The notes: generated from the sequence alone by a model not told the origin. DNA of 64,000 nt from Thermoproteota archaeon (GCA_038861395.1 JAWCDE010000003.1:3536-67535), one strand, 5' to 3'; positions 49,760 through 60,383 are shown, counted from the stretch's first letter. A program made the numbers and translations.

Positions 49760-50715
49760 GGCTTAACCTCCGGAGGTTCAACCCTTATCAATGGTTTGAG
49801 GAAGAACAATGCTTGCTCAACTCCCGAATCCCTGCTGAAACAAGGGTCTTCATGCTCGACGCTCAAAACATAATTGTAACCTGTCTCGAGCAATGCAGTT
49901 ATCACCCTGCGCCAAGGTACTTGCCCCCATCCTACTGTTCTGAATCTCACAGCTCTAGCAACCTTATTCCAGGGACCTGAGACAAGGACCCCAGTCTTGC
50001 TCGCGGAATGAGGAACTATTTCTACGTCTTTCGCATGAACATGAAATATTCGGTCGTATAATTCGTATATGAAAAGCACAGGGTCCATCTGCTGCCAAAC
50101 GAGGTGCGAAGGATCGTAGTTAAAGCCAAGCGCCCTGTGACCTTCAGCAACATCCACGAGTTTCCTAGCAGTCTCCAGGTTATAGTTTAGCTCCATCGGA
50201 TGTGTTTCAAAAGCGATCTTGACCCCGTGATCCTTGGCGTAATCTAAGATCGGTAGCCACCTCTCCCCGAATATTTTAAAGTTGCTTTCCCAAATCTCCT
50301 CGTTAGTCGGCGGGAAATTATACCATTTCCCCCATTCAGGGACCCCTGTGAAGCCGCATACCACAGAGACGTTTAATGCTTGTGCAGCATCTATGGTTTT
50401 CTTCATCCTGTTTACGCCATACTCAATCTTTTCCTTTGGGGACCCTTTAAACCAGATGTCTGTGGACTCGTCGTGTGGACCAAGTATGAGCTGGCTTTCA
50501 AGATGGTTGCTTAAAGCGGATATTTGAACCCCATACCTGTTTAAAAGACTCCTAAGCTCCCCAGCCTTTCCCGAGGCAACATCATCAATGTTAATATGGT
50601 TTGAACCCTTCCAGCATGCCAGCTCAACAGCCTCATATCCTAGGGCGGAGAGGTATTCCAGTGTCTTGTCCAGCGGTTGGTCGTTATAAAGAACGGTGAA
50701 GATTCCCACTTTCAT
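49750..50715 (-). CDS. sugar phosphate isomerase/epimerase (xylose isomerase-like TIM barrel)
   Basis: MKVGIFTVLYNDQPLDKTLEYLSALGYEAVELA... is a TIM-barrel AP-endonuclease-2/XylA-like fold. It overlaps the oxidoreductase gene by 10 nt. Confidence 0.7.
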   Translation of the reverse strand: MKVGIFTVLYNDQPLDKTLEYLSALGYEAVELACWKGSNHINIDDVASGKAGELRSLLNRYGVQISALSNHLESQLILGPHDESTDIWFKGSPKEKIEYGVNRMKKTIDAAQALNVSVVCGFTGVPEWGKWYNFPPTNEEIWESNFKIFGERWLPILDYAKDHGVKIAFETHPMELNYNLETARKLVDVAEGHRALGFNYDPSHLVWQQMDPVLFIYELYDRIFHVHAKDVEIVPHSASKTGVLVSGPWNKVARAVRFRTVGWGQVPWRRVITALLETGYNYVLSVEHEDPCFSRDSGVEQALFFLKPLIRVEPPEVKPWW

Positions 50716-50911
50716 TTTTTAAACACCGAGTCTTAAATAGTTAATCCATGAATATAAACATACTATTCGGACGGGGATCGTTTTAAGAGAAGGTGAAAAA
50801 TCATAAAATCTTTGGTCAAATTTAAATAAGCTGTTAAATTCTTTTGTCAAAAATAATTTCCGAGTTTAAGGTTAAATAAAGTATTCCAGCAGTATAAACA
50901 GTCTATTACCA

Positions 50912-51472
50912 TTGGAAAGAAAAGTAGAGAACTCGGTGAAAGTATTGTTAATTCCTATTGGAAACATTAACCTTAATGAATTAATATTCCTCCCCGAGGA
51001 ACTTTCCAAAGTATTCAGGATCATACGCTTTACGATAAGTATGGACATTCTTAAACTACCGTTACACACTTATGATAGGGCTAGAAAACAGTATAATTCA
51101 ACACTCCTCTTGGAATACCTTGCCGCAGCCAAGCCTAAAGGCTACGACAAATATTTGGGAATAGCGGATGCAGATCTCTACGCAAGAGGATTAAACTTCG
51201 TATTCGGAGAAGCAATTCTAAACGGTGGGGAAGCTTTAATTTCACTTTACAGGTTAAGGCCAGAGTTTTACGGGGACCATCCTAACGAAAAACTATTCAA
51301 GGAAAGGATATTAAAGGAGGCTGTTCACGAACTGGGGCATACCTTCGGCCTAACGCACTGTGGAAATCCTGAGTGTGTAATGCATTTCAGTAACTCTATA
51401 ATGGATACCGATTATAAGAGCGCCCAACCCTGCTTAGCCTGCCAAACCAAGCTTTTTGGCAGGCTGCTTTAA
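50912..51472 (+). CDS. amzA: archaemetzincin (peptidase M54)
   Basis: HELGHTFGLTHCGNPECVMHFSNSIMDTDYKSAQPCLACQ carries HExxHxxGxxH plus the four-Cys second zinc site. Confidence 0.85.
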   Translation: MERKVENSVKVLLIPIGNINLNELIFLPEELSKVFRIIRFTISMDILKLPLHTYDRARKQYNSTLLLEYLAAAKPKGYDKYLGIADADLYARGLNFVFGEAILNGGEALISLYRLRPEFYGDHPNEKLFKERILKEAVHELGHTFGLTHCGNPECVMHFSNSIMDTDYKSAQPCLACQTKLFGRLL

Positions 51473-51635
51473 GACTTCTAAAAGTTCCTTATAATTCATC
51501 CGAACAACTTCTGGGTTTTAATTCGTGAGCAAAATAATATTTCACAAGTATTTGCAAAATAGGGCAAAGGATTGAGCAGTACGATTAAAGGTAAATTCTT
51601 ATTAAGGATTAACCATCTAGGGAAACGGGTTATTA

Positions 51636-51965
51636 ATGACCGAGATGCGTATACCGGTTAAGGTGAAGTATGCAGAAGACTTCGTGAGAATCTATGCGAC
51701 GGGCGCGATCGGGGGCTTTAACGGCTATGATTTCAGAATAGCATTCTTCAACGATATTGTGAACCATCCGGAAGGACCATCCCAGCCTCCGACTGTTACG
51801 AGGGAGATCAAGGTTGAGATAATTCTCTCGCCAGTAGCTTTAAAACAGCTCACAAGATGGTTAAACCAGCACCTGACTGAGCTTGAGAAAATAATAGGGG
51901 AGATCAAAGACCAGTATCCGCAGCAACCGGGTCGAAAGGAAACCCTATCAGGATACTATGTTTGA
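51636..51965 (+). CDS. hypothetical protein
   Basis: 109-aa ORF overlapping the next gene by 4 nt, with no secure motif. Confidence 0.4.
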   Translation: MTEMRIPVKVKYAEDFVRIYATGAIGGFNGYDFRIAFFNDIVNHPEGPSQPPTVTREIKVEIILSPVALKQLTRWLNQHLTELEKIIGEIKDQYPQQPGRKETLSGYYV

Positions 51966-53317
51966 CAATCAAAAAGTGTCGAATCTTGAAAGCAGTAAGC
52001 CGAGACGCTCCTAAGGTCGGCATCCTAGGCGGGGGACTCTCCGGTATAGCTTACGCTTACTTCTCCTCTAGAATGGGTTACGATGTGACTGTTCTTGAAA
52101 AGGAAAATGTTTTAGGAGGCTTGATGAGAAGCATCAATGAAGACGGCTTTACATTCGACATTGGAGGATCGCATGTTATCTTCTCTAAGGATGCTGAAGT
52201 CCTTGACTTAATGCTGAAGCTCTTAGGTGAGAACAAGGTTAGAAACAGGAGAAATACCGCGATATTATACAAGGGGCGGCTTGTCAAATATCCTTTTGAA
52301 AACGGCTTATCCGATCTTCCTTTAACAGAGAATGTTTCCTGCCTAATCCATTTTTTACTCGCAAGAATTAAGAAAGGGAAAAAGCATGGAAATCTTAAAG
52401 AGTTCTTCTATAACTCCTTTGGAAAAGCTATCTCTGAAAAATACCTGATACCTTATAATGAGAAAATCTGGAAAATGAAAGTGGAGGATATTTCTCTAGA
52501 TTTTGTTGGAAGACTTCCTAACCCTAAGATCATCGATGTTATCAAGGCTTCTCTCGGAATCGGCTCTGAGGGATATGTGCACCAGCTTTACTTCTACTAC
52601 CCGAGGAAAGGCGGCATACAGTATCTTGTAGAATCGTTAAGAGAGAAAACCATAGGAAAAATAGTGACCGGTTTTGAAGTTAAAAATGCAAAAAACGAGT
52701 CTGGGAAATGGATTGTTTCAAACGGTTCTAAAGAAATGTTTTTTGACCATGTTGTTTCAACCATACCTTTACACGATGCCGTGAAGATTTTCGATACGCC
52801 TCGAGAAATCAGTAGCAATATTAATCACTTAAAGTATAATTCTCTTATTACTGTCGCAATAGGCTTGAGCAAGCTGGAAAGCAAGAATTTGAGTTGGCTT
52901 TATATTCCGGATAGGGATGTGCATCCTCATAGAATCAGTTTCCCGTCTAACTTCAGCCCTGAAAACGCTCCTGAGGGAAAAGCCTCAATACTCGCCGAGA
53001 TAACCGTTAAACCTGATGACCCGCTTTTCAACAAGAATGGTGAGGAAATTGTCGACATTGTGGTTGAAGAATTGGATAAGCTTAAGATATTCTCTAGAGA
53101 AAATGTTGTTTATAGCCGCGTTTTTAAAATAAAGTATGCTTACCCGTTGCTGGATTCCTATTATCGGGAAAACATCGGTAGGATTAAATCATTCTTCAAC
53201 GGGATTGGCGTTAAACTAGTCGGCAGGTTTGCCGAGTTCAAATATATCAACATGGATGATGCAATTAGAAACGCTGCAACACATTTAAACATATTAAACT
53301 TAAGAGGATATGAATAG
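51962..53317 (+). CDS. FAD-dependent oxidoreductase, UDP-galactopyranose mutase (Glf)-like
   Basis: FAD-binding VGILGGGLSGIAYAYF...VLEKENVLGG, FDIGGSHVIF, and the C-terminal KLVGRFAEFKYINMDDAI resembling the UDP-galactopyranose mutase GRLA.YKY.NMD tail. Confidence 0.55.
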   Translation: MTIKKCRILKAVSRDAPKVGILGGGLSGIAYAYFSSRMGYDVTVLEKENVLGGLMRSINEDGFTFDIGGSHVIFSKDAEVLDLMLKLLGENKVRNRRNTAILYKGRLVKYPFENGLSDLPLTENVSCLIHFLLARIKKGKKHGNLKEFFYNSFGKAISEKYLIPYNEKIWKMKVEDISLDFVGRLPNPKIIDVIKASLGIGSEGYVHQLYFYYPRKGGIQYLVESLREKTIGKIVTGFEVKNAKNESGKWIVSNGSKEMFFDHVVSTIPLHDAVKIFDTPREISSNINHLKYNSLITVAIGLSKLESKNLSWLYIPDRDVHPHRISFPSNFSPENAPEGKASILAEITVKPDDPLFNKNGEEIVDIVVEELDKLKIFSRENVVYSRVFKIKYAYPLLDSYYRENIGRIKSFFNGIGVKLVGRFAEFKYINMDDAIRNAATHLNILNLRGYE

Positions 53318-53373
53318 AAATGGATTGCTAACAAAAGGATATTAGGTAGTTCATCTTTTTATTAACCGCGAAA

Positions 53374-54207
53374 ATGGATAAAAACAGATTTGTTCCAAGA
53401 TTAGATTTAAAGCCCTTAGACCTCTCTCGTATGATAATGGACCCGAATTCTAACACGTATTTTATTTCCGTAACACTAGTTAATAAAAGCGGCGTATTAG
53501 CTTCTTTTCTCGACGTGCTTAAGAATTATAATTTCAACATAATTGGAATCATAGGTGAAGCCGTTACAAGAAAAGAAGAAATGGAGGTCTCTATTTTCTT
53601 AGAAACCCCTGTAAAAATGGATCGGACGGAGCTTGAAATAATTATTAAAAAGGAGACGAATAGAATGAAAGTAGTGAAGGATGTAAGAATCTTCGACCAT
53701 TTTCTAGAAGGGTTTGATGCAGATGTTTACCATTTCCCCCTCACTGTAGAAAAGGCGAGGGTGGCGATTTTTCCATTAACCGTCCTAGAGGGCTTTATAA
53801 AGACGGTGAGAAATGCTTTCGACAAGCCGATTTCTCAGACAATCCTGTGGTATCAAGGTAGAGAAGTTGGAAGAACAATATTCGAATCTTATGAAAGGGT
53901 TTTTGGATTGAAAGGAGCCCGCGCCCTCGAATTCTTAAGAGTAAGGGCTCTGCTTTTCGGATGGGCATACATGGAAACATCTAAATTCGAAGAGTTGAAG
54001 AAGACTGCGACAATAAGGCTTTTCGACAACTGGGAATGCGAGTTGTTTAAGGGCAGTAAAGAACCTCAGAATCACTTTATGAGGGGCATTTTAGTTGGGT
54101 TCCTCACTGGTCTCTTTGGAGTTGAGACGGAGGCTGTTGAAACCAAATGTATAGCAAAAGGAGATGCTTTTTGTGAATTTGTAGTAAGGGAGAAGGTGAG
54201 GCACTAA
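53374..54207 (+). CDS. V4R-domain protein with N-terminal ACT-like domain
   Basis: C-terminus CIAKGDAFCEFVVREK has the V4R signature. It is a paralog of the C-terminal domain of the 6559-7224 product. Confidence 0.55.
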   Translation: MDKNRFVPRLDLKPLDLSRMIMDPNSNTYFISVTLVNKSGVLASFLDVLKNYNFNIIGIIGEAVTRKEEMEVSIFLETPVKMDRTELEIIIKKETNRMKVVKDVRIFDHFLEGFDADVYHFPLTVEKARVAIFPLTVLEGFIKTVRNAFDKPISQTILWYQGREVGRTIFESYERVFGLKGARALEFLRVRALLFGWAYMETSKFEELKKTATIRLFDNWECELFKGSKEPQNHFMRGILVGFLTGLFGVETEAVETKCIAKGDAFCEFVVREKVRH

Positions 54208-54764
54208 AAGATGTCGATGTTGCTGAATCATGTTGTCAAATACTTTATGTTACGAGTTTAACAATGTTGCAGAAAGGCTTCTAATACTTCAACATAAGCT
54301 TTGAACAAGAACTATGAGGAAAGAAAATGCAACAGTAATTATTGCAGAATACGGGATTCTGAAAACAGCTTCGACAAGCATTGGTTTACTATCATTTCTC
54401 TAGCAATAGTCATTGGATAAGATGTTGAGAAAAACTAGATTACAAGCCTAAGGGCTAATGGCATCGTTTTAGGATTACAGTAAAGTATGAGAAGGAAAGG
54501 CATTATAACAGTATCAATTCCACATTCCATGATTAAGCGAAACTGAGATTTTGTAAGCTTTAAGCTTTTCACAATTAATAGTAACGGTCTAACAACGGAT
54601 GTTTGATTCAAAATATTTTTAATTATCTATCAAATATAGTAATTTTTAAGGAGTGTTAAAATACTATTTAAAGTCCAAAAGTCGAGAATTATATTTTATA
54701 AACATTAAAAAATCTTTTTATAGTGATAAATAACTACTATAATGCGGTGAAACGGTGACACGAG

Positions 54765-56084
54765 ATGGCGGTAAAAATTAAACCGATTTATGCTGTTATC
54801 ATCGCCGTAGTTATCACTGCAGTGGTCGTAGGGGCAGCGGTGTATTTTCTAATACCCAGGGCGCCTCCGAAAGCAAACATAGTTGAGGTTTACCACTGGT
54901 GGACTTCGGGAGGAGAAAGGGCTGCCATAGACGCTCTTGTCAGAGTGTTTGAAAGCAGGTATCCTGATGTAGCTGTGATTCAAAGCCCCGTGGCTGGTGG
55001 AGCAGGCTATGTCATGAAAGCAGCTATGAAATCCATGGTTGCAGCAGGAGAGGCCCCTGACGCATTCCAGCTGCATGCAGGTTACGAGATGAAGCCCTAT
55101 TTGGATGGCGGGTACTTAGAGCCTATCGATGACCTTTGGAGAGAAGAGAGATGGGAAGAAGTATTCCCAGCTGTCGTGAGAGACATGGTGAACTGGGGAG
55201 GACATTACTATGCTGTGCCAGTTAACATTCATAGAGCTAATGTACTATGGTATAATAAAAAGATACTTGATGCGCATGATATTGATCCTGGGACGCTCAA
55301 GACTTGGGACGGTTTCTTCGCAGCATGCCAGAAACTGAGGGCTGAAGGCGTTAGCAATCCTATAGCGATGGGTGGTAAGGGCAAGTGGGAAATTGCACAT
55401 GCCTTAGAGCAGATATTCGCAAGCGTTGGAATAGACTTCTATGAAGACCTTGTAAATGGAAGGGTAAATGACCCCAACAATCCGAAGCTCGTACAGGCTT
55501 TCCAGATTTTCAGCAGATACCTAGAATACGTTAACCCTGATTACGCAACCCTAACGTGGGACGAGGCTGTTGCAAAGGTGATAAGGGGCGAGGCGGCATT
55601 CAACATAATGGGCGATTGGGCTAATGGGGAATTCTTCGTAGCAGGCAAGGAGTTTGGCGTTGACTATGGTGCTATGCCCGTACCTGGAACAGAAGGCGTT
55701 TACGGCTTAGTTATCGACTGCTTTGAGCATCCTAAGGGTGTTGAACATCCTGAGAACTCCATAAAATGGCTGAGGGTTGTCGGGTCTAGAGAAGGACAGG
55801 ACGCGTTTAACCCGATAAAAGGCTCGATTGCAGCACGTATAGATGCTGATATAAACAAGTACGGGCCGTACCAAAGAGCAGCTATCGCAGACTTTAAGGC
55901 AGCTACGCACATGTTTCCAAGCATCGTCCATGGAAGTGGTGCACCGGAAAAGTTTGCTAGCGCTCTCAACGACATTGCTTCTAACTTCGCAGTAAACAAA
56001 GATGTTTCAGCAGCATGCAGAGCTATTGTTGACGCCATAGCTTCGGCAAGTGCGGACTACGTTAAAACGTGGTCGCTCCGCTAA
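54765..56084 (+). CDS. sugar ABC transporter substrate-binding protein (family 1, MalE-like) with N-terminal TM anchor
   Basis: N-terminal anchor IYAVIIAVVITAVVVGAAVYFLI, then VEVYHWWTSGGERAAIDALV and the family 1 fold. Confidence 0.85.
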   Translation: MAVKIKPIYAVIIAVVITAVVVGAAVYFLIPRAPPKANIVEVYHWWTSGGERAAIDALVRVFESRYPDVAVIQSPVAGGAGYVMKAAMKSMVAAGEAPDAFQLHAGYEMKPYLDGGYLEPIDDLWREERWEEVFPAVVRDMVNWGGHYYAVPVNIHRANVLWYNKKILDAHDIDPGTLKTWDGFFAACQKLRAEGVSNPIAMGGKGKWEIAHALEQIFASVGIDFYEDLVNGRVNDPNNPKLVQAFQIFSRYLEYVNPDYATLTWDEAVAKVIRGEAAFNIMGDWANGEFFVAGKEFGVDYGAMPVPGTEGVYGLVIDCFEHPKGVEHPENSIKWLRVVGSREGQDAFNPIKGSIAARIDADINKYGPYQRAAIADFKAATHMFPSIVHGSGAPEKFASALNDIASNFAVNKDVSAACRAIVDAIASASADYVKTWSLR

Positions 56085-56118
56085 ACGTAAATACCCCCTT
56101 TCTTTTTCTATATTCATT

Positions 56119-57012
56119 ATGGTGAAATCGGTGAGGATTCCAAGAGAACAAATCATCACCTTCCTCATATTCTTACCATCCGTCATACTTGTCGGCTACT
56201 TTGTCCACGGTTTAATAGCATGGAACATATTTGTATCATTTACTGACTGGAGAGGATTAGCGCCGCAGTACAATATTATCGGATTCAAGCAGTATGAAAG
56301 AATGTATTCTGATAATGTTTTCTCAGTATCCTTAACCAATAACATTCTTCTGATAGTTTTATTCATACCTGGTAGCATGGCTCTCGGCCTTTTTCTAGCA
56401 ATACTCCTCGATATAATTGGAGGCAGGGCTGAGGGCATTTTTAGAGCGATATACTTGCTCCCGTTCTCTCTTTCCTTCGTCGTTACGGCGGCGATGTGGG
56501 CATGGATGTACAATTTCTCACATGGTGTTGTAAACAGTTTATTCAGCATGCTTGGATTGAATTTCCTTAGGCTAAACTGGATAGGCGACCCTAATATAGC
56601 GATGTATTGCATAATCGTAGCTTTAATATGGCAATTCTCTGGTTACACGATGCTGATTTTCCTCGCCGGAATAAAATCAGTGCCTGAAAGCCACATAATG
56701 GCTGCTAAGATAGACGGGGCATCCTACTTTAAGCTGTATACTCACATAGTTATTCCACAGTTGAAGTACTGGGCTTTCGCAGCCTTCGTAGTCCTTACAG
56801 TTTTTGCACTGAAGGCATTCGATTTCGTCTATGTCTTGACTAACGGTGGGCCAGGCATTTCAACCTACGTCCTCGGACTGATGATGTTTAGAAGAGCCTT
56901 CTTCGAGACGGATTTCTCGTATGGAGCATCTATAGCGACAGTTCTATTTACACTCACGATGCTTGTGGTAGTTCCATACCTAATTGTTTCTCTGAGGGCG
57001 AGGTCTAAATGA
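56119..57012 (+). CDS. sugar ABC transporter permease (MalF-like)
   Basis: EAA-loop AAKIDGASYFKLYTHIVIPQLK and 6 TM helices. The start is taken at ATG 56119 to avoid overlap with the substrate-binding protein gene. Confidence 0.85.
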   Translation: MVKSVRIPREQIITFLIFLPSVILVGYFVHGLIAWNIFVSFTDWRGLAPQYNIIGFKQYERMYSDNVFSVSLTNNILLIVLFIPGSMALGLFLAILLDIIGGRAEGIFRAIYLLPFSLSFVVTAAMWAWMYNFSHGVVNSLFSMLGLNFLRLNWIGDPNIAMYCIIVALIWQFSGYTMLIFLAGIKSVPESHIMAAKIDGASYFKLYTHIVIPQLKYWAFAAFVVLTVFALKAFDFVYVLTNGGPGISTYVLGLMMFRRAFFETDFSYGASIATVLFTLTMLVVVPYLIVSLRARSK

Positions 57013-57830
57013 TCACAACAAGGATAACATACGTTGCGATCTGCATCATTCTTGCATTTTTCGCATTCGTATATCTCCTCCCATTCTGGACTGTTCTAAC
57101 CACAGCCCTGAAGGATGATGTGTCTGTGATTCTCACAAACCCGATAGAGCCCCCGCCTTCGCCAACCTTAGAGCCTTTTGTTAAAGCCTTCAACGAGATA
57201 AAACGGGCACTTTACAACAGTCTCATGTTTACAACTTTCGCCACAATATTCTCAAGCATAATAGGATCGTTAAACGGATACATACTTTCTAAAATCAGGT
57301 TTAAACACTCCGATATATTTTTCTTACTCTTTTCAATCGGAATATTTATTCCGTATCAGGCTGTAGTCATACCTCTAATCGTAACTATGAGCAGATTGGG
57401 AATTTACAATACTATTCCAGGGATGATACTTACGCATACTGCATACGGAATCCCTATTTGCACACTTTTCTTCAGAAACTTTTACGACGACCTGCCTGAA
57501 AGCCTTACAATGGCTGCTAAGATAGATGGAGCAGGAGCTTGGAGAATCTACAGAAATATCGTGCTCCCACTTTCCTGGCCTGCATTCGTAGTTACGGCAG
57601 TTTTTCAGTTTACAAGCATATGGAACGATTTTCTTTTTGGCGTCGTTCTTACAGCTGGCTTAGGGCAACCTGCTTCAGTTGTTCTCGCTAATCTTCTTGG
57701 TACAACGACTGCAACTTGGAACATACAGATGGCAGGGACATTCATTTATGCGTTGCCGGTTGTGGCAGTCTACTTAATAATGGGAAAGTATTTGATAAAA
57801 GGATATTTGTCAGGAGCAATAAAGGGGTAG
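57009..57830 (+). CDS. sugar ABC transporter permease (MalG-like)
   Basis: EAA-loop AAKIDGAGAWRIYRNIVLPLS, with 4-nt overlap with the previous gene. Confidence 0.85.
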   Translation: MITTRITYVAICIILAFFAFVYLLPFWTVLTTALKDDVSVILTNPIEPPPSPTLEPFVKAFNEIKRALYNSLMFTTFATIFSSIIGSLNGYILSKIRFKHSDIFFLLFSIGIFIPYQAVVIPLIVTMSRLGIYNTIPGMILTHTAYGIPICTLFFRNFYDDLPESLTMAAKIDGAGAWRIYRNIVLPLSWPAFVVTAVFQFTSIWNDFLFGVVLTAGLGQPASVVLANLLGTTTATWNIQMAGTFIYALPVVAVYLIMGKYLIKGYLSGAIKG

Positions 57831-57838
57831 TGGAAAAA

Positions 57839-58942
57839 ATGGTCAGCGTAAGAATTAGGAATCTAACCAAAGTCTACGGCAAGATTGCAGCAGTAAAGGA
57901 TGTAAACTTAGATGTCAATGATAAGGAGTTCTTCATTCTACTCGGTCCATCCGGTTGCGGAAAGACTACTCTACTACTCTGTATCGCGGGCCTGTTGAAG
58001 CCCGAAAAAGGAGAAATCTGGCTCGGTGATAAACTGGTGACTTCTGGCGACCGCAATATATTCCTACCACCCCAAGAAAGGAAGCTTGCCATGGTTTTTC
58101 AGGATTATGCTTTATACCCACATATGACTGTTTTCAAAAACATAGCCTTTCCCCTTGAAGTCGGAGGCATCAGTAAGGATAGTATTCGTGAGAGAGTCTT
58201 AAAAGTAGCGAGGTTCCTAGGTATAGAACACCTTTTAGATAGGAAGCCTAAGCAGTTGAGCGGTGGAGAGAAGCAGAGGGTTGCGCTGGGGAGAGCTATC
58301 GTTAAGGAGCCTGCGCTACTACTTATGGACGAGCCTCTTGCCAATTTAGATGCTAAGCTGAGAGTCTTAATGAGGGTTGAGTTGAAGAGACTACAGAGAG
58401 AACTTGGGACAACCATAATATACGTGACTCACGACCAGGTTGAGGCGATGTCCATGGCTGATAGAGTGGGAGTTATGTCAGCCGGAGTATTGCAGCAAGT
58501 AGGTGAACCGTTGGAGATATACGATAAGCCTAGGAACACTTTTGTAGCAGGATTTATTGGAAGCCCGCCGATGAACATGTTTGAAGGAAGCGTTATAGAT
58601 GTTAATGGCCGGCTTGCAATAGACCTAGGATTTTCCGTTATCTACCTCGCCAGCTGGATGGAGGAGCTCTTAAGAAAGAATAATGTTGAGGAAGTTGTTC
58701 TTGGAGTTAGGCCGGAAAACGTGTTATTTGCAAAAGAAGGAGAGGTCAATGCGTTTAAAGCTAAAGTAAGCTACGTTGAACTACTTGGGAAAGAACTTAA
58801 CATACACCTTGCAGCAGGAGACAAGAGGCTCGTGATGACGGCAGAACCCACATTAAAACCTGAAGGAGAACTATGGATCAGATTTAATGAAAACAAGATT
58901 TACCTATTTGATAGAAAAACTGGAAACAGTTTGATACTTTAA
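57839..58942 (+). CDS. sugar ABC transporter ATP-binding protein (MalK-like) with C-terminal TOBE-like domain
   Basis: Walker A GPSGCGKTT, LSGGEKQRVALGRA, Walker B LLLMDEPLANLD. The start is taken at MVSVRIRNLTKVYG (57839), not the upstream extension. Confidence 0.9.
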   Translation: MVSVRIRNLTKVYGKIAAVKDVNLDVNDKEFFILLGPSGCGKTTLLLCIAGLLKPEKGEIWLGDKLVTSGDRNIFLPPQERKLAMVFQDYALYPHMTVFKNIAFPLEVGGISKDSIRERVLKVARFLGIEHLLDRKPKQLSGGEKQRVALGRAIVKEPALLLMDEPLANLDAKLRVLMRVELKRLQRELGTTIIYVTHDQVEAMSMADRVGVMSAGVLQQVGEPLEIYDKPRNTFVAGFIGSPPMNMFEGSVIDVNGRLAIDLGFSVIYLASWMEELLRKNNVEEVVLGVRPENVLFAKEGEVNAFKAKVSYVELLGKELNIHLAAGDKRLVMTAEPTLKPEGELWIRFNENKIYLFDRKTGNSLIL

Positions 58943-59193
58943 TTCTATCTTCTTTAGGTATAAAAGAAACAATTCTTTGCTTCTTATCATGTTAGAAATA
59001 ATGGAGAGAAAATAACCACCGTCAATATCATGCTCACCTTAGTTTAAAAGGTTTTGCAATCGCCTAATTGATAGGATATACGGGATTGCAGATATAAGAC
59101 ATGTGGTGAAAAAGAACAGTTTGTAAATAAATTTGCGACGGCTATGATGAGATTATTCTTAAATATTACTTATTTTATTTAAGGCAAATTAGG

Positions 59194-59913
59194 TTGGATG
59201 CTAAAAAAATATCTGTAGTCATCCCAACATTCAATGAAGAAAAGTATGTGGAAAGACTACTCGTCTCACTCTGCCAGCAGACAATACCTAGAGAAGATTA
59301 CGAAATAATAATTGTAGACGGGGGGAGTATTGATGGAACTGTTGAAATATGCAGAAAATATGCTGATAAGATAGTCATGCAAGAAACACCGACTGTGGGC
59401 GGTGCTAGGAATGATGGTGTTAAACACGCTGATGCGGAGCTTATTTTCACAACGGATGCTGACTGTATAGTTGCACCAAACATCCTTGAAAGGATTATTA
59501 GAATCTTCGATTCTCATCCCGAAGTCGTTATGGTTTACGGGATTGTAACACCATTGGAGAAAAGATTCAGATATGCATTTCTACTAGAGCTCAACAATGC
59601 TTTCGTCAAGATTCTCTACAGATTAAGGATATACTTGAGTGTGGGCTCGAGCATAGCATTTAGGAGGAAACATTTCAAATGGGTTAGGGGCTTTCCAACG
59701 GTTGGAGCAGGCGACGATTATGGCTTCTCTTTCCGTATGAGGAGGGTAGGCGAAGTAATGCTGGACGAAGGCTTAAGAGTATACTTCTCTATGAGGAGGT
59801 ATGAAAAATACGGTTTTGCAAGAAGCTTCTACGAGTGGTTATACAACGTGTTCAGCGAGTTGTTGAAGAGAAGAATACCGGCCGAAAAAATATATCATAG
59901 AAAGACGTATTAA
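59194..59913 (+). CDS. glycosyltransferase family 2 (dolichyl-phosphate sugar transferase-like)
   Basis: ISVVIPTFNEE, IIIVDGGSIDGT and TTDADCIV (DxD). TTG start. Confidence 0.8.
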   Translation: MDAKKISVVIPTFNEEKYVERLLVSLCQQTIPREDYEIIIVDGGSIDGTVEICRKYADKIVMQETPTVGGARNDGVKHADAELIFTTDADCIVAPNILERIIRIFDSHPEVVMVYGIVTPLEKRFRYAFLLELNNAFVKILYRLRIYLSVGSSIAFRRKHFKWVRGFPTVGAGDDYGFSFRMRRVGEVMLDEGLRVYFSMRRYEKYGFARSFYEWLYNVFSELLKRRIPAEKIYHRKTY

Positions 59914-60013
59914 AACGACGGGTTCTTGATTATAAAGTTGATGTCACAGCCATGTTTAAACAATTATAGTAATTTAGAAAGGTTTTTAACTCTCCGCATA
60001 TGAGGAAAACTGC

Positions 60014-60361
60014 ATGCTGCCAGTAGAGGTCCCGGAGGCTTTCCTTGGTACAACTCAGTTAGTAGCAGTATTCTGGTTTTACGATAAGGCTACACGGATA
60101 GTTCTTGAAAAGATTAGGAGTAGAGGATTCAAATACTCTGTAAAAGGCCTTAGAATACACCACTGGTTTGTTGGGATTATGATTACTTTCATCGGTCTTC
60201 TAATGCTTCCGTTTCAAAACATTATGGTCCTTCTCTACGATGCTGGACCCATAGGTCTTCCAATGAAGCTGAGCTCTGGGGCAATAACGATGGGTTTCAG
60301 AATTTTCATAGATGATTTGAAAGATCTAAAGAGACAGCTTAAAAGCCTGTTTAAAAGATAA
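60014..60361 (+). CDS. hypothetical small membrane protein
   Basis: 115 aa with two hydrophobic helices and no motif. Confidence 0.35.
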   Translation: MLPVEVPEAFLGTTQLVAVFWFYDKATRIVLEKIRSRGFKYSVKGLRIHHWFVGIMITFIGLLMLPFQNIMVLLYDAGPIGLPMKLSSGAITMGFRIFIDDLKDLKRQLKSLFKR

Positions 60362-60383
60362 GTTTAAAGCCTTTTTTTAGGGT

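Noticed and set aside
58943-59193. Possible C/D box sRNA (ATGATGA at about 59146)
   Set aside because: There is no downstream CTGA D box or terminal stem within 40-70 nt. It is probably just AT-rich promoter sequence for the GT2 gene.
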